Below, piece by piece: positions 18,962 to 28,646 of a stretch of DNA of 64,000 nucleotides. How positions within the stretch are numbered: position 1 is the first letter of the stretch; every line of letters starts with the position of its first letter. The stretch comes from a virus. The DNA is taken from positions 32,001 through 96,000 of the IMG/VR virus record IMGVR_UViG_3300032323_000716. One strand, 5' to 3'. Under the pieces are notes generated by a model, which worked only from the letters and a program-made list of their open reading frames with translations, made no database searches and was not told where the DNA came from. Both the position numbers and the translations under genes were made by a program.

Positions 18962-20244
18962 TATTCGTCTGCCTTGGGTCTAAGAGCCTTAGTAAGGCTT
19001 TGTTTCTCTTTTACAGTTTTGCCGTTTATGGTAGTTTGTTTATTGTTATTAACAAAACTGGTTTTCTGTGTTAGTCTTACATCTTTGTCTAAGAATATAT
19101 CATTAGGAGAACCGTTAGCCACAACATCTTCGTAGCCTAGATTGTTCATGGTCATTCTTGTTACATCTTCCACTTTAATCCATCGTGTTCCACTAAAACG
19201 GAACAGCCTCTTGGGGTTGTAATCTGTACGCAAATGATATTGACCAACAGAAGGTTGTAATGGAAAAGAAATACCAGATGAGAACGGAGCACCGTTTGGC
19301 GGAACTCCGTCGCCGTCGCCGATCATTGGGCCATCGTATTCAGGGCTCTGATAGATTGTACTAGAGGTTGAACCAACATATATTGGATCACCGTTCTCAT
19401 CTACTAACGGATTACCTTGAGCATCTGTGGCTTGCGTTTGCATAGAAGCCAGTAATTGTGTAGTATCTACTGTTACTAATTCAACTTTTCCTTCTTGATC
19501 CTTCTGCAACATATAATGTTGAGTAGTATCAAATCCACTCTTAGGAGAATCTGATTCGGCTTGCTCAAGTACTGCCTGAGTAATTTGCATTTCTTTCTCA
19601 TAGGTACTCATGAGATCTCTAAGAGTCGTAGTAGTGTCGTTACTGATACCTTCACTGTCGGCTACTTGATCTAAGATATCTTTGTATTCTTGACTGTCAA
19701 CTAGAGGTTTGCACTTAGCACGATATAGATGCGGATACCAAGTTACAGAAAAACCTTCTGCTGCTCTAGTGACTTCTTCGATGACATAAAATCTTTTCAG
19801 TGCAAATTGAAGATCATTGAGTGCATATTCATCTTTAAGATGCGGCAATTCTATAACATCACCTGAAATTAATTTTCTACCTATTTTTTCTACAGTATCT
19901 TGAATGTGAAAAGTTATGAATATAGTATCATTCTGTAAAAATAAACCAAACTGACTGAGATTAAAATCTGTATCTTGTATGTTATATGCGCCACGAAGTA
20001 TATAAACATCGGGATCGTATTTTCTATCACGATTTTCTAAAAACAATAGATCCTGTATTTGTGTTACATCCGTGGTTGCATAATTAGGAGTAGACGGTGT
20101 GTCCCCCTGCACAGATACACCTGGTCCTAGATACCTGTGTAGAAGCACATCGGTGCCGCCCACTTGGAACATTTCCCAGACAGTTTTATCTATGAATTTA
20201 AAGTCGTTGCCCTTTTGCGGGCGATACAGCGAAAGTCTTGGCAT
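18961..20244 (-). CDS. Neck protein (T4 gp14-like) with C-terminal extension
   Basis: Probable start MPRLSLY at 20244. Motifs LSQFGLF and GDVIELPH. Sits between gp13 and gp15. Confidence 0.7.
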   Translation of the reverse strand: MPRLSLYRPQKGNDFKFIDKTVWEMFQVGGTDVLLHRYLGPGVSVQGDTPSTPNYATTDVTQIQDLLFLENRDRKYDPDVYILRGAYNIQDTDFNLSQFGLFLQNDTIFITFHIQDTVEKIGRKLISGDVIELPHLKDEYALNDLQFALKRFYVIEEVTRAAEGFSVTWYPHLYRAKCKPLVDSQEYKDILDQVADSEGISNDTTTTLRDLMSTYEKEMQITQAVLEQAESDSPKSGFDTTQHYMLQKDQEGKVELVTVDTTQLLASMQTQATDAQGNPLVDENGDPIYVGSTSSTIYQSPEYDGPMIGDGDGVPPNGAPFSSGISFPLQPSVGQYHLRTDYNPKRLFRFSGTRWIKVEDVTRMTMNNLGYEDVVANGSPNDIFLDKDVRLTQKTSFVNNNKQTTINGKTVKEKQSLTKALRPKADE

Positions 20245-20251
20245 AGTAGTA

Positions 20252-20272
20252 TATTTACCGCTACGATAAATA
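20252..20272. promoter_or_regulatory. Back-to-back late-type TAAATA promoters
   Basis: TATTTA at 20252-20257 (minus strand, 7 nt from the gp14 ATG) and TAAATA at 20267-20272 (plus strand, 5 nt from the gp13 ATG). Confidence 0.65.
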
Positions 20273-20277
20273 CTGTT

Positions 20278-21036
20278 ATGAGCAACATAGATCAAGCCCG
20301 CCAATCCGTATATGACTATTGTAAAACCATGCTGGGCGATGGTATGATAGACATAGAATTAGATCCTGTACATTATGAAACAGCATTAAATAGATCTTTG
20401 GGAGTTTTTCGTCAACGATCTGATAATGCTGTGGAAGAAAGTTACGCTTTTTTGACCCTAACACAGGATCAAAACGACTATATTTTGCCCAAAGAAATAC
20501 AACAGGTCAGACAGATCTATAGACGCAGTATTGGTTCTCGAACTGGAACAGGATCCGGCGGCACAGTATTTGAACCCTTTAACCTAGCCTACACAAATAC
20601 CTATTTGTTAAGTTCAACTAACATGGGTGGTTTGTTGACCTATGAATTATTCGCACAGTATCAAGAACTAGTAGGTAAGATGTTTGGCTCATTTATTAAC
20701 TTCAGTTTCAATCCTCAAACTAGAAAACTTACAATTTTTCAAAGACCTAGAGGAGAAGAAGAAGTCATGCTTTGGGTGTATAATCAACGTCCAGATTTTG
20801 CTATCATTGAAGATACCTATGCAGGACAATGGATCAAAGATTATAGTCTAGCAAACTGCAAAATGATGCTAGGGCAAGCCCGCGAAAAGTTTTCACAGAT
20901 TGCAGGACCCACAGGCGGTTCAAGTCTAAACGGTGCGGCTATGAAATCAGAAGCCACTACTGATTTGGATAGATTAACCAAAGAATTGGAAACACTGGTA
21001 TCTGGTGGTCACGGATATACTTGGATAACCGGTTGA
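20278..21036 (+). CDS. Neck protein (T4 gp13-like)
   Basis: Probable start MSNIDQ. Motifs LGDGMIDIEL, WIKDYSLA.CK..LG..R.KF and GG.SLNG. Confidence 0.8.
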   Translation: MSNIDQARQSVYDYCKTMLGDGMIDIELDPVHYETALNRSLGVFRQRSDNAVEESYAFLTLTQDQNDYILPKEIQQVRQIYRRSIGSRTGTGSGGTVFEPFNLAYTNTYLLSSTNMGGLLTYELFAQYQELVGKMFGSFINFSFNPQTRKLTIFQRPRGEEEVMLWVYNQRPDFAIIEDTYAGQWIKDYSLANCKMMLGQAREKFSQIAGPTGGSSLNGAAMKSEATTDLDRLTKELETLVSGGHGYTWITG

Positions 21037-21062
21037 CATAATCTAAAACTATTTGTTATAAT
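21033..21062 (+). promoter_or_regulatory. sigma70-type (early) promoter
   Basis: TTGACA (21033)-18 nt-TATAAT (21057) with extended TGn. SD GGAGG lies downstream. Confidence 0.75.
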
Positions 21063-21082
21063 ATCCTTAATCGGAGGATATT

Positions 21083-21736
21083 ATGATCATAGGTATTTGC
21101 GGATTTATCGGCAGCGGCAAAGACACAGTCGCTGACTATCTTGTAAACTTTCACGAATTTAGACGAGAGTCATTTGCTAACACTCTTAAAGATGCTGTGA
21201 GTGCAGTGTTTGGTTGGGACCGAACCATGCTGGAAGGCAGAACTAAAGAAGCCAGAGAGTGGCGAGAGCAGGTAGATCCTTGGTGGGCTGCTAGACTTGA
21301 TATGCCTACACTTACTCCTAGATGGGTACTACAATATTGGGGTACAGAAGTATGCCGCAAAGCATTTCATGATGATATATGGATTGCTTCCCTAGAAAAC
21401 AAAATTCGTAACTCGAAAGATCATGTGGTAATTTCAGACTGCCGATTTCCCAACGAAATTAGTTCTATTAAAAATGCTGGTGGTCAAATAATTTGGGTAC
21501 AGCGTGGTGAATTACCTGATTGGTATGATGTTGCTATAGATGCTAACCGTGGTAGTAATGTAGCGTTGAATGAACTTAAGATGCGTAAGATCCATGCTAG
21601 TGAAACTGCTTGGGTTGGCACAGACTTCGATCATGTTATTGAAAATGACGGTGATATTTCTGATCTCTATACAAAGATTGCTTCAGTAATCAGCAATGAG
21701 GTCTCCTTGACGCCAGGTAATGCCCTCCTTGCCTAG
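21083..21736 (+). CDS. Deoxynucleoside monophosphate kinase (T4 gp1-like)
   Basis: P-loop GFIGSGKDT, plus SFANTLKD, TPRWVLQYWGTE, SDCRFPNE and HASE. Confidence 0.88.
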   Translation: MIIGICGFIGSGKDTVADYLVNFHEFRRESFANTLKDAVSAVFGWDRTMLEGRTKEAREWREQVDPWWAARLDMPTLTPRWVLQYWGTEVCRKAFHDDIWIASLENKIRNSKDHVVISDCRFPNEISSIKNAGGQIIWVQRGELPDWYDVAIDANRGSNVALNELKMRKIHASETAWVGTDFDHVIENDGDISDLYTKIASVISNEVSLTPGNALLA

Positions 21737-22021
21737 AGTTTGGGCGCAGTTAGCACATACAGTTTTTAAGTTACTGGTTCTGCAGTTGTCGAGGTTTCCG
21801 TCTACATGAAACACTCGAAATACCTCTTTGTGCGGACTGCGGAACCCGCATTTATCGCAGGTATTTTTCATCCTATAGCCTGATCTGTACCACCTAGGTA
21901 TACCATGATAATCTCCATGGGTTAAACAGGCTTCGCAGAGACTACGATAATAGATCCTATTGCCTTTTTTATAGTTTATGGCTTTGGGTCTTAGGCTACA
22001 TTTGGCGCAAAGTGGTCTCAT
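21683..22021 (-). CDS. Zn-finger / HNH-like protein
   Basis: Probable start MRPLC (TAAATA-5 nt-ATG). Four CxxC pairs and HVDGNLDN...NL..VCANC. Confidence 0.65.
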   Translation of the reverse strand: MRPLCAKCSLRPKAINYKKGNRIYYRSLCEACLTHGDYHGIPRWYRSGYRMKNTCDKCGFRSPHKEVFRVFHVDGNLDNCRTSNLKTVCANCAQTLGKEGITWRQGDLIADY

Positions 22022-22089
22022 AAAATTATTTACACCTTTTCTTCCCCTTTTTAAATAAGGCATAGACAGCCGTTTTTGGCAATAGCCGC

Positions 22090-22095
22090 TAAATA
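22090..22095 (+). promoter_or_regulatory. Late-type TAAATA promoter for sheath/tube operon
   Basis: TAAATA followed by a short leader with SD AGGAG before the sheath ATG. Confidence 0.55.
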
Positions 22096-22126
22096 ATATG
22101 AGCAACTATTACCAGGAGATTAGGGA

Positions 22127-25100
22127 ATGGCACTAACATCACCAGGCGTACAAGTTACGGTAATTGACGAGAGTTTTTATACACCAGCAGAACCTGGTAC
22201 TACTCCTCTTATTGTAATCGCTACAGCACAGGATAAATCAAATGCAGCAGGCACCGGCACTGCTGTAGGCACTACAGCCTCGAATGTCAATAAAGCATTC
22301 AAGATTACTAGCCAGAGGGAACTTGTAGATACCTTTGGTGTTCCATTTTTTGAACAGACTGCATCAGCAAGTCCTGTACACGGTGGAGAACGAAACGAAT
22401 ACGGTTTATTAGCAGCATACAGTTACCTAGGGGTAAGCAATGCAGCATTTATAGTTCGTGCAGACGTTGATCTAGCAGAACTAGCAGGACAAACATCCGC
22501 CCCGGGAGCAGAGCCAGCAAATGGCAAATGGTGGTTAGATACATTGTCAACATCTTGGGGTATCCAAGAGTGGAATGGCGCTGCATCGACTGTGGTTGGC
22601 GGTCAAAAATTCGCTAACAAAGTTCCGTTGGTTTTAACTGACGAAGATTTTAGCAAGTTAGACGGTGATCCTTTTGACCCTTTACCATCAGTAGGATCTG
22701 TGGGAGACTATGCAATAGTAGCACAAACTATTGGCGCCGACTCCCCAGTAGAAACCAAAGAAAATATCAAATTATGGTATAAGAGTGCAGGCAATGGCGG
22801 CCTAGGCGACCGAGGCGTTACTGCAGGTACTTGGGTACTAGTTGGTTCACCAGAATGGAAAGCCAGCCACCCAGCAGTTCAAGGCACTACAGCAGTATCA
22901 AGTGCTGTATCACACGATAATTTAGTTCTTAATGGCACGCCGATCACTGCAGGAAGTAGATCGGCCTCTACGTTGGCCACTGCAATTAATGGTCTAGCAC
23001 CAGTTGGTATTTCTGCACAAGCAGTTAACAACAGATTGTATATCTATTCAGATGGTACTTCAGTATCAGACGGTAGCACAACATCAGTAGACGGAGCATT
23101 AACTTTAGAAGGTAATTGGACACCGTTCGGTATTACCGCAGGTACATATTACTCACCTAAATTACAACAAACTCCTCATACACAGGTTCCTGCATTTAAG
23201 TCAACAGACGGTGCACCAAGACCAACAGGATCAGTTTGGATTAAGACAACAACCCCAAATAGCGGTTCTAGATGGGTAATCAAGCGTTGGAATAGTGCAA
23301 CTCAATTATGGGTAAGTTATTCTGCTCCTTTATATGCAACTACTAATTCTGCATTATACGGTTTAGATCGTAGCGGTGGTGGTATCAATATTGATCAAGA
23401 AGAAATTTTTGTACAAACTAATGCTACTGAAAGCAGCGGCAATGACAACAGTCCAGATACAGCAGAATATAGAATTTGGAGACGTGGCGGCCAAGGTGCT
23501 ACAACTATCGAATCTGGTATTATTACAACAGCCACTTTCGGTACAGTTTCAGGTAATAGTTTTACTTTAAAACAAAGCCATCCTGGCTACGAAAGTTTGA
23601 TTCAAACCACAGTTACTTTTAATTCAGCCAGTGATGCAGAAAGTGATGCACAGGCATTTGCAGCAGCAATTAACTCGGCAAACTTTGGATTTGATAATAC
23701 TGATCCAGCCAGCCCTATTGCTTACACAAATTATATCACAGCAGAAGTTACAGCAACTAACACAGTGATAGTAAGACATACAGCCGGCGGCGACATTAGA
23801 TTCACAGACGGCACTGGAACTCCTATTGTTTCAGCATTTGGAACTGGTTACAGTCTTGAAGACCAAGATGGCACAGTTAACTTTTATGCATCAGGCAACG
23901 GAACAGAGTATATCGCAACTTTGTGGAAACCGTTGGCCACAGAAAACTTTGCTGCTCAAGGAGATCAACCTCTAGCAGAAGCAGCCGACGGACAATTATG
24001 GTACAATCCTAATTTCTCTGAAGTTGATATTATGGTTCATAATGGTAACACATGGGTTGGCTATAAGAACACACATTCATTATACACAGGAACTGATCCA
24101 GAAGGTGCTATTGTAAGTGCCAGCGAACCAACAGCGCAGAGCGACGGCACAGCACTAGTAGATAACGATCTATGGATTAGTACAGCAGATCTTGAAAATT
24201 ATCCTGCTATCTACAGATATACAAATGCAGGAACAACTTCTGCAGCATGGACATTGATTGATAAAACCGATCAAACCACAGAAGACGGTATCCTGTTTGC
24301 AGATGCTCGTTGGAATACTGACGGCGGATCAGGCGATGCAACTATTATTGAATTGCTAACCAGCAATTTCTTAGACTTTGATGCTCCAGATCCTGCACTA
24401 TATCCAAAAGGTATGTTACTATGGAACCTACGTAGAAGCGGTGGTAACGTTAAGCGTTATCAAAACAACTACGTTAATACAGCAGAAAACAATCCAAGAT
24501 TCCAAGCGTCAAGAGCAGCAAATGGTTTAGATCCTATTCTAGGCGATGCAATGACATCTTATTGGTCTGATCGTTGGACTACTGCTTCTCCAAACAACGA
24601 AGACGGTTCAGGATCATTTGGTCGCAAGGCTCAACGTGCTTTAGTTGTACAAAAACTAAAGAGCACAATTGATACAAGTTCAGAGATTCGCGACGAAGAG
24701 CGCAGAAACTTTAACTTAATTGCTTGCCCAGGATATCCAGAGACTCTAAGTAACTTGATTAACTTGAACTTAGATCGTGGCCTAACAGCGTTCGTAGTTG
24801 GTGACACACCATTGCGCTTGCCAGCAGATGCTACAAGCCTAACAGCATGGGGTACTAACGCTAATGGCGCATTAGACAACGGCGATACTGGCATTGTTAG
24901 TTACGATGAATATTGTGCTGTTTATTATCCAAACGGATTTACCACAGACCTAGGCGGTTCAAACGCAGTTGTTCCAGCATCGCACATGATGCTAAGAACA
25001 ATCGCCCTAAGCGATCAAGTTTCTTATCCATGGTTTGCACCAGCAGGCACACGTCGTGGCGGTATTACTAACGCAACAGCAGTTGGTTATATCGATTCTA

Positions 25101-25555
25101 ATACTGGTGAATTCCAAAGCATAGCATTGAATGAAGGTCAACGTGATACATTGTATGATCTAAAGGTAAATCCAATTCCGTTCTTTGTTGGTGTTGGTTT
25201 AGTTGCCTATGGTCAAAAGACTCGTGCAAGAAACGCAAGTGCATTGGATCGTATCAACGTAGCACGTTTGGTAGTATATCTACGCAGCCAATTACAAAAA
25301 CTGGCTCGTCCATATATCTTTGAACCAAATGATAAGATTACCAGAGACGAAATTAAAGGTGCAGTAGAAAGTCTATTGTTAGAATTGGTAGGCTTAAGAG
25401 CACTTTATGACTTTGCTGTGGTCTGCGATGAATCAAACAACACTGATGCTAGAATCGATCGTAATGAATTGTATGTAGATATTGCTATCGAGCCAACCAA
25501 AGCAGTTGAGTTCATCTACATACCATTGCGTATTAAGAACACAGGAGAGATTTAA
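22127..25555 (+). CDS. Tail sheath protein (T4 gp18-like), enlarged
   Basis: N-terminal LTSPGVQVTVID. C-terminal PWFAPAGTRRG, GQKT, ALDRINVARL, FEPND, VCDESNN and EFIYIP. Confidence 0.93.
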   Translation: MALTSPGVQVTVIDESFYTPAEPGTTPLIVIATAQDKSNAAGTGTAVGTTASNVNKAFKITSQRELVDTFGVPFFEQTASASPVHGGERNEYGLLAAYSYLGVSNAAFIVRADVDLAELAGQTSAPGAEPANGKWWLDTLSTSWGIQEWNGAASTVVGGQKFANKVPLVLTDEDFSKLDGDPFDPLPSVGSVGDYAIVAQTIGADSPVETKENIKLWYKSAGNGGLGDRGVTAGTWVLVGSPEWKASHPAVQGTTAVSSAVSHDNLVLNGTPITAGSRSASTLATAINGLAPVGISAQAVNNRLYIYSDGTSVSDGSTTSVDGALTLEGNWTPFGITAGTYYSPKLQQTPHTQVPAFKSTDGAPRPTGSVWIKTTTPNSGSRWVIKRWNSATQLWVSYSAPLYATTNSALYGLDRSGGGINIDQEEIFVQTNATESSGNDNSPDTAEYRIWRRGGQGATTIESGIITTATFGTVSGNSFTLKQSHPGYESLIQTTVTFNSASDAESDAQAFAAAINSANFGFDNTDPASPIAYTNYITAEVTATNTVIVRHTAGGDIRFTDGTGTPIVSAFGTGYSLEDQDGTVNFYASGNGTEYIATLWKPLATENFAAQGDQPLAEAADGQLWYNPNFSEVDIMVHNGNTWVGYKNTHSLYTGTDPEGAIVSASEPTAQSDGTALVDNDLWISTADLENYPAIYRYTNAGTTSAAWTLIDKTDQTTEDGILFADARWNTDGGSGDATIIELLTSNFLDFDAPDPALYPKGMLLWNLRRSGGNVKRYQNNYVNTAENNPRFQASRAANGLDPILGDAMTSYWSDRWTTASPNNEDGSGSFGRKAQRALVVQKLKSTIDTSSEIRDEERRNFNLIACPGYPETLSNLINLNLDRGLTAFVVGDTPLRLPADATSLTAWGTNANGALDNGDTGIVSYDEYCAVYYPNGFTTDLGGSNAVVPASHMMLRTIALSDQVSYPWFAPAGTRRGGITNATAVGYIDSNTGEFQSIALNEGQRDTLYDLKVNPIPFFVGVGLVAYGQKTRARNASALDRINVARLVVYLRSQLQKLARPYIFEPNDKITRDEIKGAVESLLLELVGLRALYDFAVVCDESNNTDARIDRNELYVDIAIEPTKAVEFIYIPLRIKNTGEI

Positions 25556-25557
25556 AA

Positions 25558-26199
25558 ATGGCACTAACTTCACTTAATAGAATTTCAGTTCCGACTAGTA
25601 ACGGCAACAGCGGCACCGCGCTGCTGATGCCTAAACTACAGTATCGCTTTAGAGTGATATTGTTAGGTTTCGGAGTAGAGGCCAGCACCGAATTGACCAA
25701 ACAGGTCAGCGATGTAAAACGTCCTACAGTGACTTTTGAAGAGATGGAAATTCCTATCTACAATTCAAAAGTTAAACTAGCAGGTAAACCAAACTGGGAT
25801 GATGTAACCATTAACCTACGTGATGATGCTAACGGCCAAGTTCAGAAACTAGTTGGTCAGCAGATTCAGAAACAATTTGATTTCATGGAACAGGCAAGTG
25901 CTCGTTCAGGTATCGATTATAAGTTCCAAACTAACATTGAAATGTTAGATGGCGGTAACGGTGCTTTAGAACCAAGCATCCTTGAGAAGTGGGAACTATA
26001 TGGTTGTTTCTTATCTAGCGTCGACTACGGTGAGGCTAATTATGCTAACAACGAGCCAATGACTGTCGCACTAACATTGAAATATGATAATGCTGTGCAG
26101 TTTGCTGGTGCAAATGGAGCAGGTCCAGAGCGTGGCATTGGTGCAGTAGTAGGAAGAACACTAGGCGAAGCAGTAACAGGAAGAAGCGGCGCAGCCTAA
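25558..26199 (+). CDS. Tail tube protein (T4 gp19-like)
   Basis: Directly follows the sheath gene. Motifs PKLQYRFRV, KLAGKPNW and LTLKYDNA. Confidence 0.85.
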   Translation: MALTSLNRISVPTSNGNSGTALLMPKLQYRFRVILLGFGVEASTELTKQVSDVKRPTVTFEEMEIPIYNSKVKLAGKPNWDDVTINLRDDANGQVQKLVGQQIQKQFDFMEQASARSGIDYKFQTNIEMLDGGNGALEPSILEKWELYGCFLSSVDYGEANYANNEPMTVALTLKYDNAVQFAGANGAGPERGIGAVVGRTLGEAVTGRSGAA

Positions 26200-26220
26200 T
26201 AGTCTTATTGACTAATAAAG

Positions 26221-26245
26221 AACCCGGACTTTTCCGGGTTTTTTT
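26221..26245 (+). terminator. Intrinsic terminator
   Basis: AACCCGGA-CTTT-TCCGGGTT followed by a T-run. Confidence 0.8.
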
Positions 26246-26262
26246 ATGGCATAAATATTTGT

Positions 26263-27345
26263 ATGGCCAATAAATTTACAAGATTTCTTACCGGTGTCGG
26301 CGACGGACTACTTAAACCCAAAGGTGGTCTAGCCGATTGGCGACACGCATCGAGACTGTTTTTAGACAACGGTTATCGATTAGCGCCTCGTACCAAATTT
26401 CTATACTATGTGAGATTTGAAATAGATAAAAATATTCTTACATCTCCGGTGTTTAGCAATAAACACGCAGACGAGATTGGTTATTTGATTAAGACCACAG
26501 ACTTACCTAAATTTAAATTTGAAACTGTAACAAAGAATCAATACAATCGCAAAAAGATTTTCTACAAAAATTTCTCATACGATGCTATCGATATGACGTT
26601 TCATGATGATAGTGCTGGCGTAATAAATGCGTTATGGGCATTGTATATGGGATCATATGTGCAGGATAGACACAATCCAGATAGGGCATTTTTTAAAACA
26701 GCACTAAGGCCCGAAGGCTCAGTGGTTGACAGTTTTCGTTATGGTCTAGACCGACAAGGTCGTAGCACAGACTTTTTTAAATCTATTAGCATCTATACAA
26801 TGAGCCGTAGAAGATTTCTCGGGTACACATTGCTTAATCCAAAAATTACGTCCTGGAATCACGGTAATATGGATTATGCCGCCAGTGAATTTAACGAAAA
26901 TTCTATGACTATAGAATATGAATCTGTAGCATATAGCACAGGTAATGTTTCTAGAAATAGTCCAAAGGGATTCGCTAATCTCTATTATGATAATGTACCT
27001 AGTCCGTTGTCAGTGGCTGGTGGCGGTACAGCCACACTATTAGGCGAAGGCGGCGTACTTGACGGATTAGAATCCATATTCGGCGATGTTGCAGGCGGTG
27101 GAGCATTTGGTAGTGTAGGAGGTTTCTTAGGTACTGCTATTAAAACTATTAATACTGCAAAAAATTTCAAGAGTCTTTCTAAAGAAGGTCTAAGACAAGA
27201 AGCCATCAATGTATTAGCAAGTCCCACAACATTAAGAAACACAGTTAATACTATAGGAGGAGTTGTAGGTGCTGCTTTTCCTAAAAATTCTGGTACTGAA
27301 ACTACTACAACAGCATCTCAGAAAAATCTATTAGGAGGAGATTAA
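26263..27345 (+). CDS. Tail-tube-fold baseplate protein (gp54/gp48-like)
   Basis: Tube-like motifs KTTDLPKF, NQYNRK, MTFHDD and IEYE. TAAATA-5 nt-ATG. Confidence 0.6.
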   Translation: MANKFTRFLTGVGDGLLKPKGGLADWRHASRLFLDNGYRLAPRTKFLYYVRFEIDKNILTSPVFSNKHADEIGYLIKTTDLPKFKFETVTKNQYNRKKIFYKNFSYDAIDMTFHDDSAGVINALWALYMGSYVQDRHNPDRAFFKTALRPEGSVVDSFRYGLDRQGRSTDFFKSISIYTMSRRRFLGYTLLNPKITSWNHGNMDYAASEFNENSMTIEYESVAYSTGNVSRNSPKGFANLYYDNVPSPLSVAGGGTATLLGEGGVLDGLESIFGDVAGGGAFGSVGGFLGTAIKTINTAKNFKSLSKEGLRQEAINVLASPTTLRNTVNTIGGVVGAAFPKNSGTETTTTASQKNLLGGD

Positions 27346-27346
27346 T

Positions 27347-27718
27347 ATGGCATTGACCAATCTTCCAATTAAACAAGATGCTGACAGTGCATCCGCCACT
27401 AAAGCATTTTTTGAAACATACGGCAATCTACAATTAGAATTTACAGCCAACGAAGTTTCTGCTGCTATAGCCTTTTTTCAAAGCAGAGGCTTTTCAGACG
27501 ACGCTGCTATAATTACTGCACAGGTATTATTGCAGCAGGCTAAGATTGATGGGGTGTCAGTGTTTAAAATATTAGATACACTAAAAACTTTTGACGGTGT
27601 GCAGATTAGCGCACTGGTAGCCGAAATATTAAATAACAACAGAAACATAACCAGCGTACTAGGTTACAAAGTAGTTTCTGTTGAAAAACAAAATCAAACA
27701 AGAAATATCTATGCCTAA
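27347..27718 (+). CDS. Hypothetical protein (probably virion)
   Basis: SD AGGAG. 123-aa ORF in the tail operon. Confidence 0.5.
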   Translation: MALTNLPIKQDADSASATKAFFETYGNLQLEFTANEVSAAIAFFQSRGFSDDAAIITAQVLLQQAKIDGVSVFKILDTLKTFDGVQISALVAEILNNNRNITSVLGYKVVSVEKQNQTRNIYA

Positions 27719-28151
27719 ATTTGCTCAGGGTCGCTTTGAAATGAAGAACCCTGACAAGTATGTAGGGAAGAAAACTCCACTGGCTCGCAGTAGTTGGGAA
27801 TTTGTTTTCATGCGTATGTTAGATGAACACCCCGGAGTAGAAAATTGGGCTAGTGAAAGTATACAAATACCTTACAGAGATCCGCTGACTGGCAGATATA
27901 CAATTTATGTTCCTGATTTTTTTATAGTATATAAAGATAAAAACGGAAAAAAACATGCAGAAGTAGTAGAAGTTAAACCTAGCAATCAAATGATGTTAGA
28001 ACGTGTGGGTAAGAGTCTTTATAATCAAGAACAATACATAAAAAATATGGCTAAATGGGAAGCCGCAAATGCTTGGTGTAAACAGCAGAGCGTGAAATTT
28101 CGAGTAATTAACGAAGATGACATTTTCCATCAAGGTGGGAAACGCAGATAA
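27711..28151 (+). CDS. Head completion nuclease (T4 gp4-like)
   Basis: Motifs NPDKYVG, RSSWE, WASE.I.IPY, YVPDF, VEVKP and N.AKWEAA (PD-(D/E)xK fold). Confidence 0.85.
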   Translation: MPKFAQGRFEMKNPDKYVGKKTPLARSSWEFVFMRMLDEHPGVENWASESIQIPYRDPLTGRYTIYVPDFFIVYKDKNGKKHAEVVEVKPSNQMMLERVGKSLYNQEQYIKNMAKWEAANAWCKQQSVKFRVINEDDIFHQGGKRR

Positions 28152-28158
28152 GTATAGT

Positions 28159-28638
28159 ATGACTAAAAAATTAGAAGAATTATTTAATCTAGAATCTGAT
28201 GCCGAAAAGCCCACTGAAGTTGTAGAGCCAGTCAAAGAGCATCAGGAAGTTCGAAGCCTTGATGAAAGTTACAAAGCAGTGGCTGAAATAACCAAAGGTT
28301 TACCACAGATTAAAGAATTGGACGAATTAGACGATAAAGAATTAGACAGTCTAGCAAAAAAAGCAGAAGACGCCTATGATGATCTTATGGATTTAGGCAT
28401 GAATGTGGAAGTTAGGTATAGCGGACGTATTTTTGAAGTAGCGGGAACTATGTTAAAAAACGCTATAGATGCTAAATCCGCTAAAATAGAGAAAAAATTA
28501 AAAGCAGTTGATCTTCAGTTGAAAAAGTATAAGATAGATAAAGACAACAACGAAGACCCTAACGATGTTATTAACGGACAGGGTTACATCATAACAGATC
28601 GTAACGAACTGCTGAAAAAACTAGGCAATAAGGAATAA
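28159..28638 (+). CDS. Probable terminase small subunit (gp16-like)
   Basis: Helical protein. RIFEVAGTMLK resembles the gp16 R.yEVagqliK motif. Located near gp17. Confidence 0.5.
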   Translation: MTKKLEELFNLESDAEKPTEVVEPVKEHQEVRSLDESYKAVAEITKGLPQIKELDELDDKELDSLAKKAEDAYDDLMDLGMNVEVRYSGRIFEVAGTMLKNAIDAKSAKIEKKLKAVDLQLKKYKIDKDNNEDPNDVINGQGYIITDRNELLKKLGNKE

Positions 28639-28646
28639 ATACACAT

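Noticed and set aside
20164-20304. Apparent head-to-head overlap of gp13- and gp14-like ORFs in the ORF track
   Set aside because: This is an artefact of longest-ORF starts. The likely starts are 20278 (+) and 20244 (-), each next to a TAAATA box.
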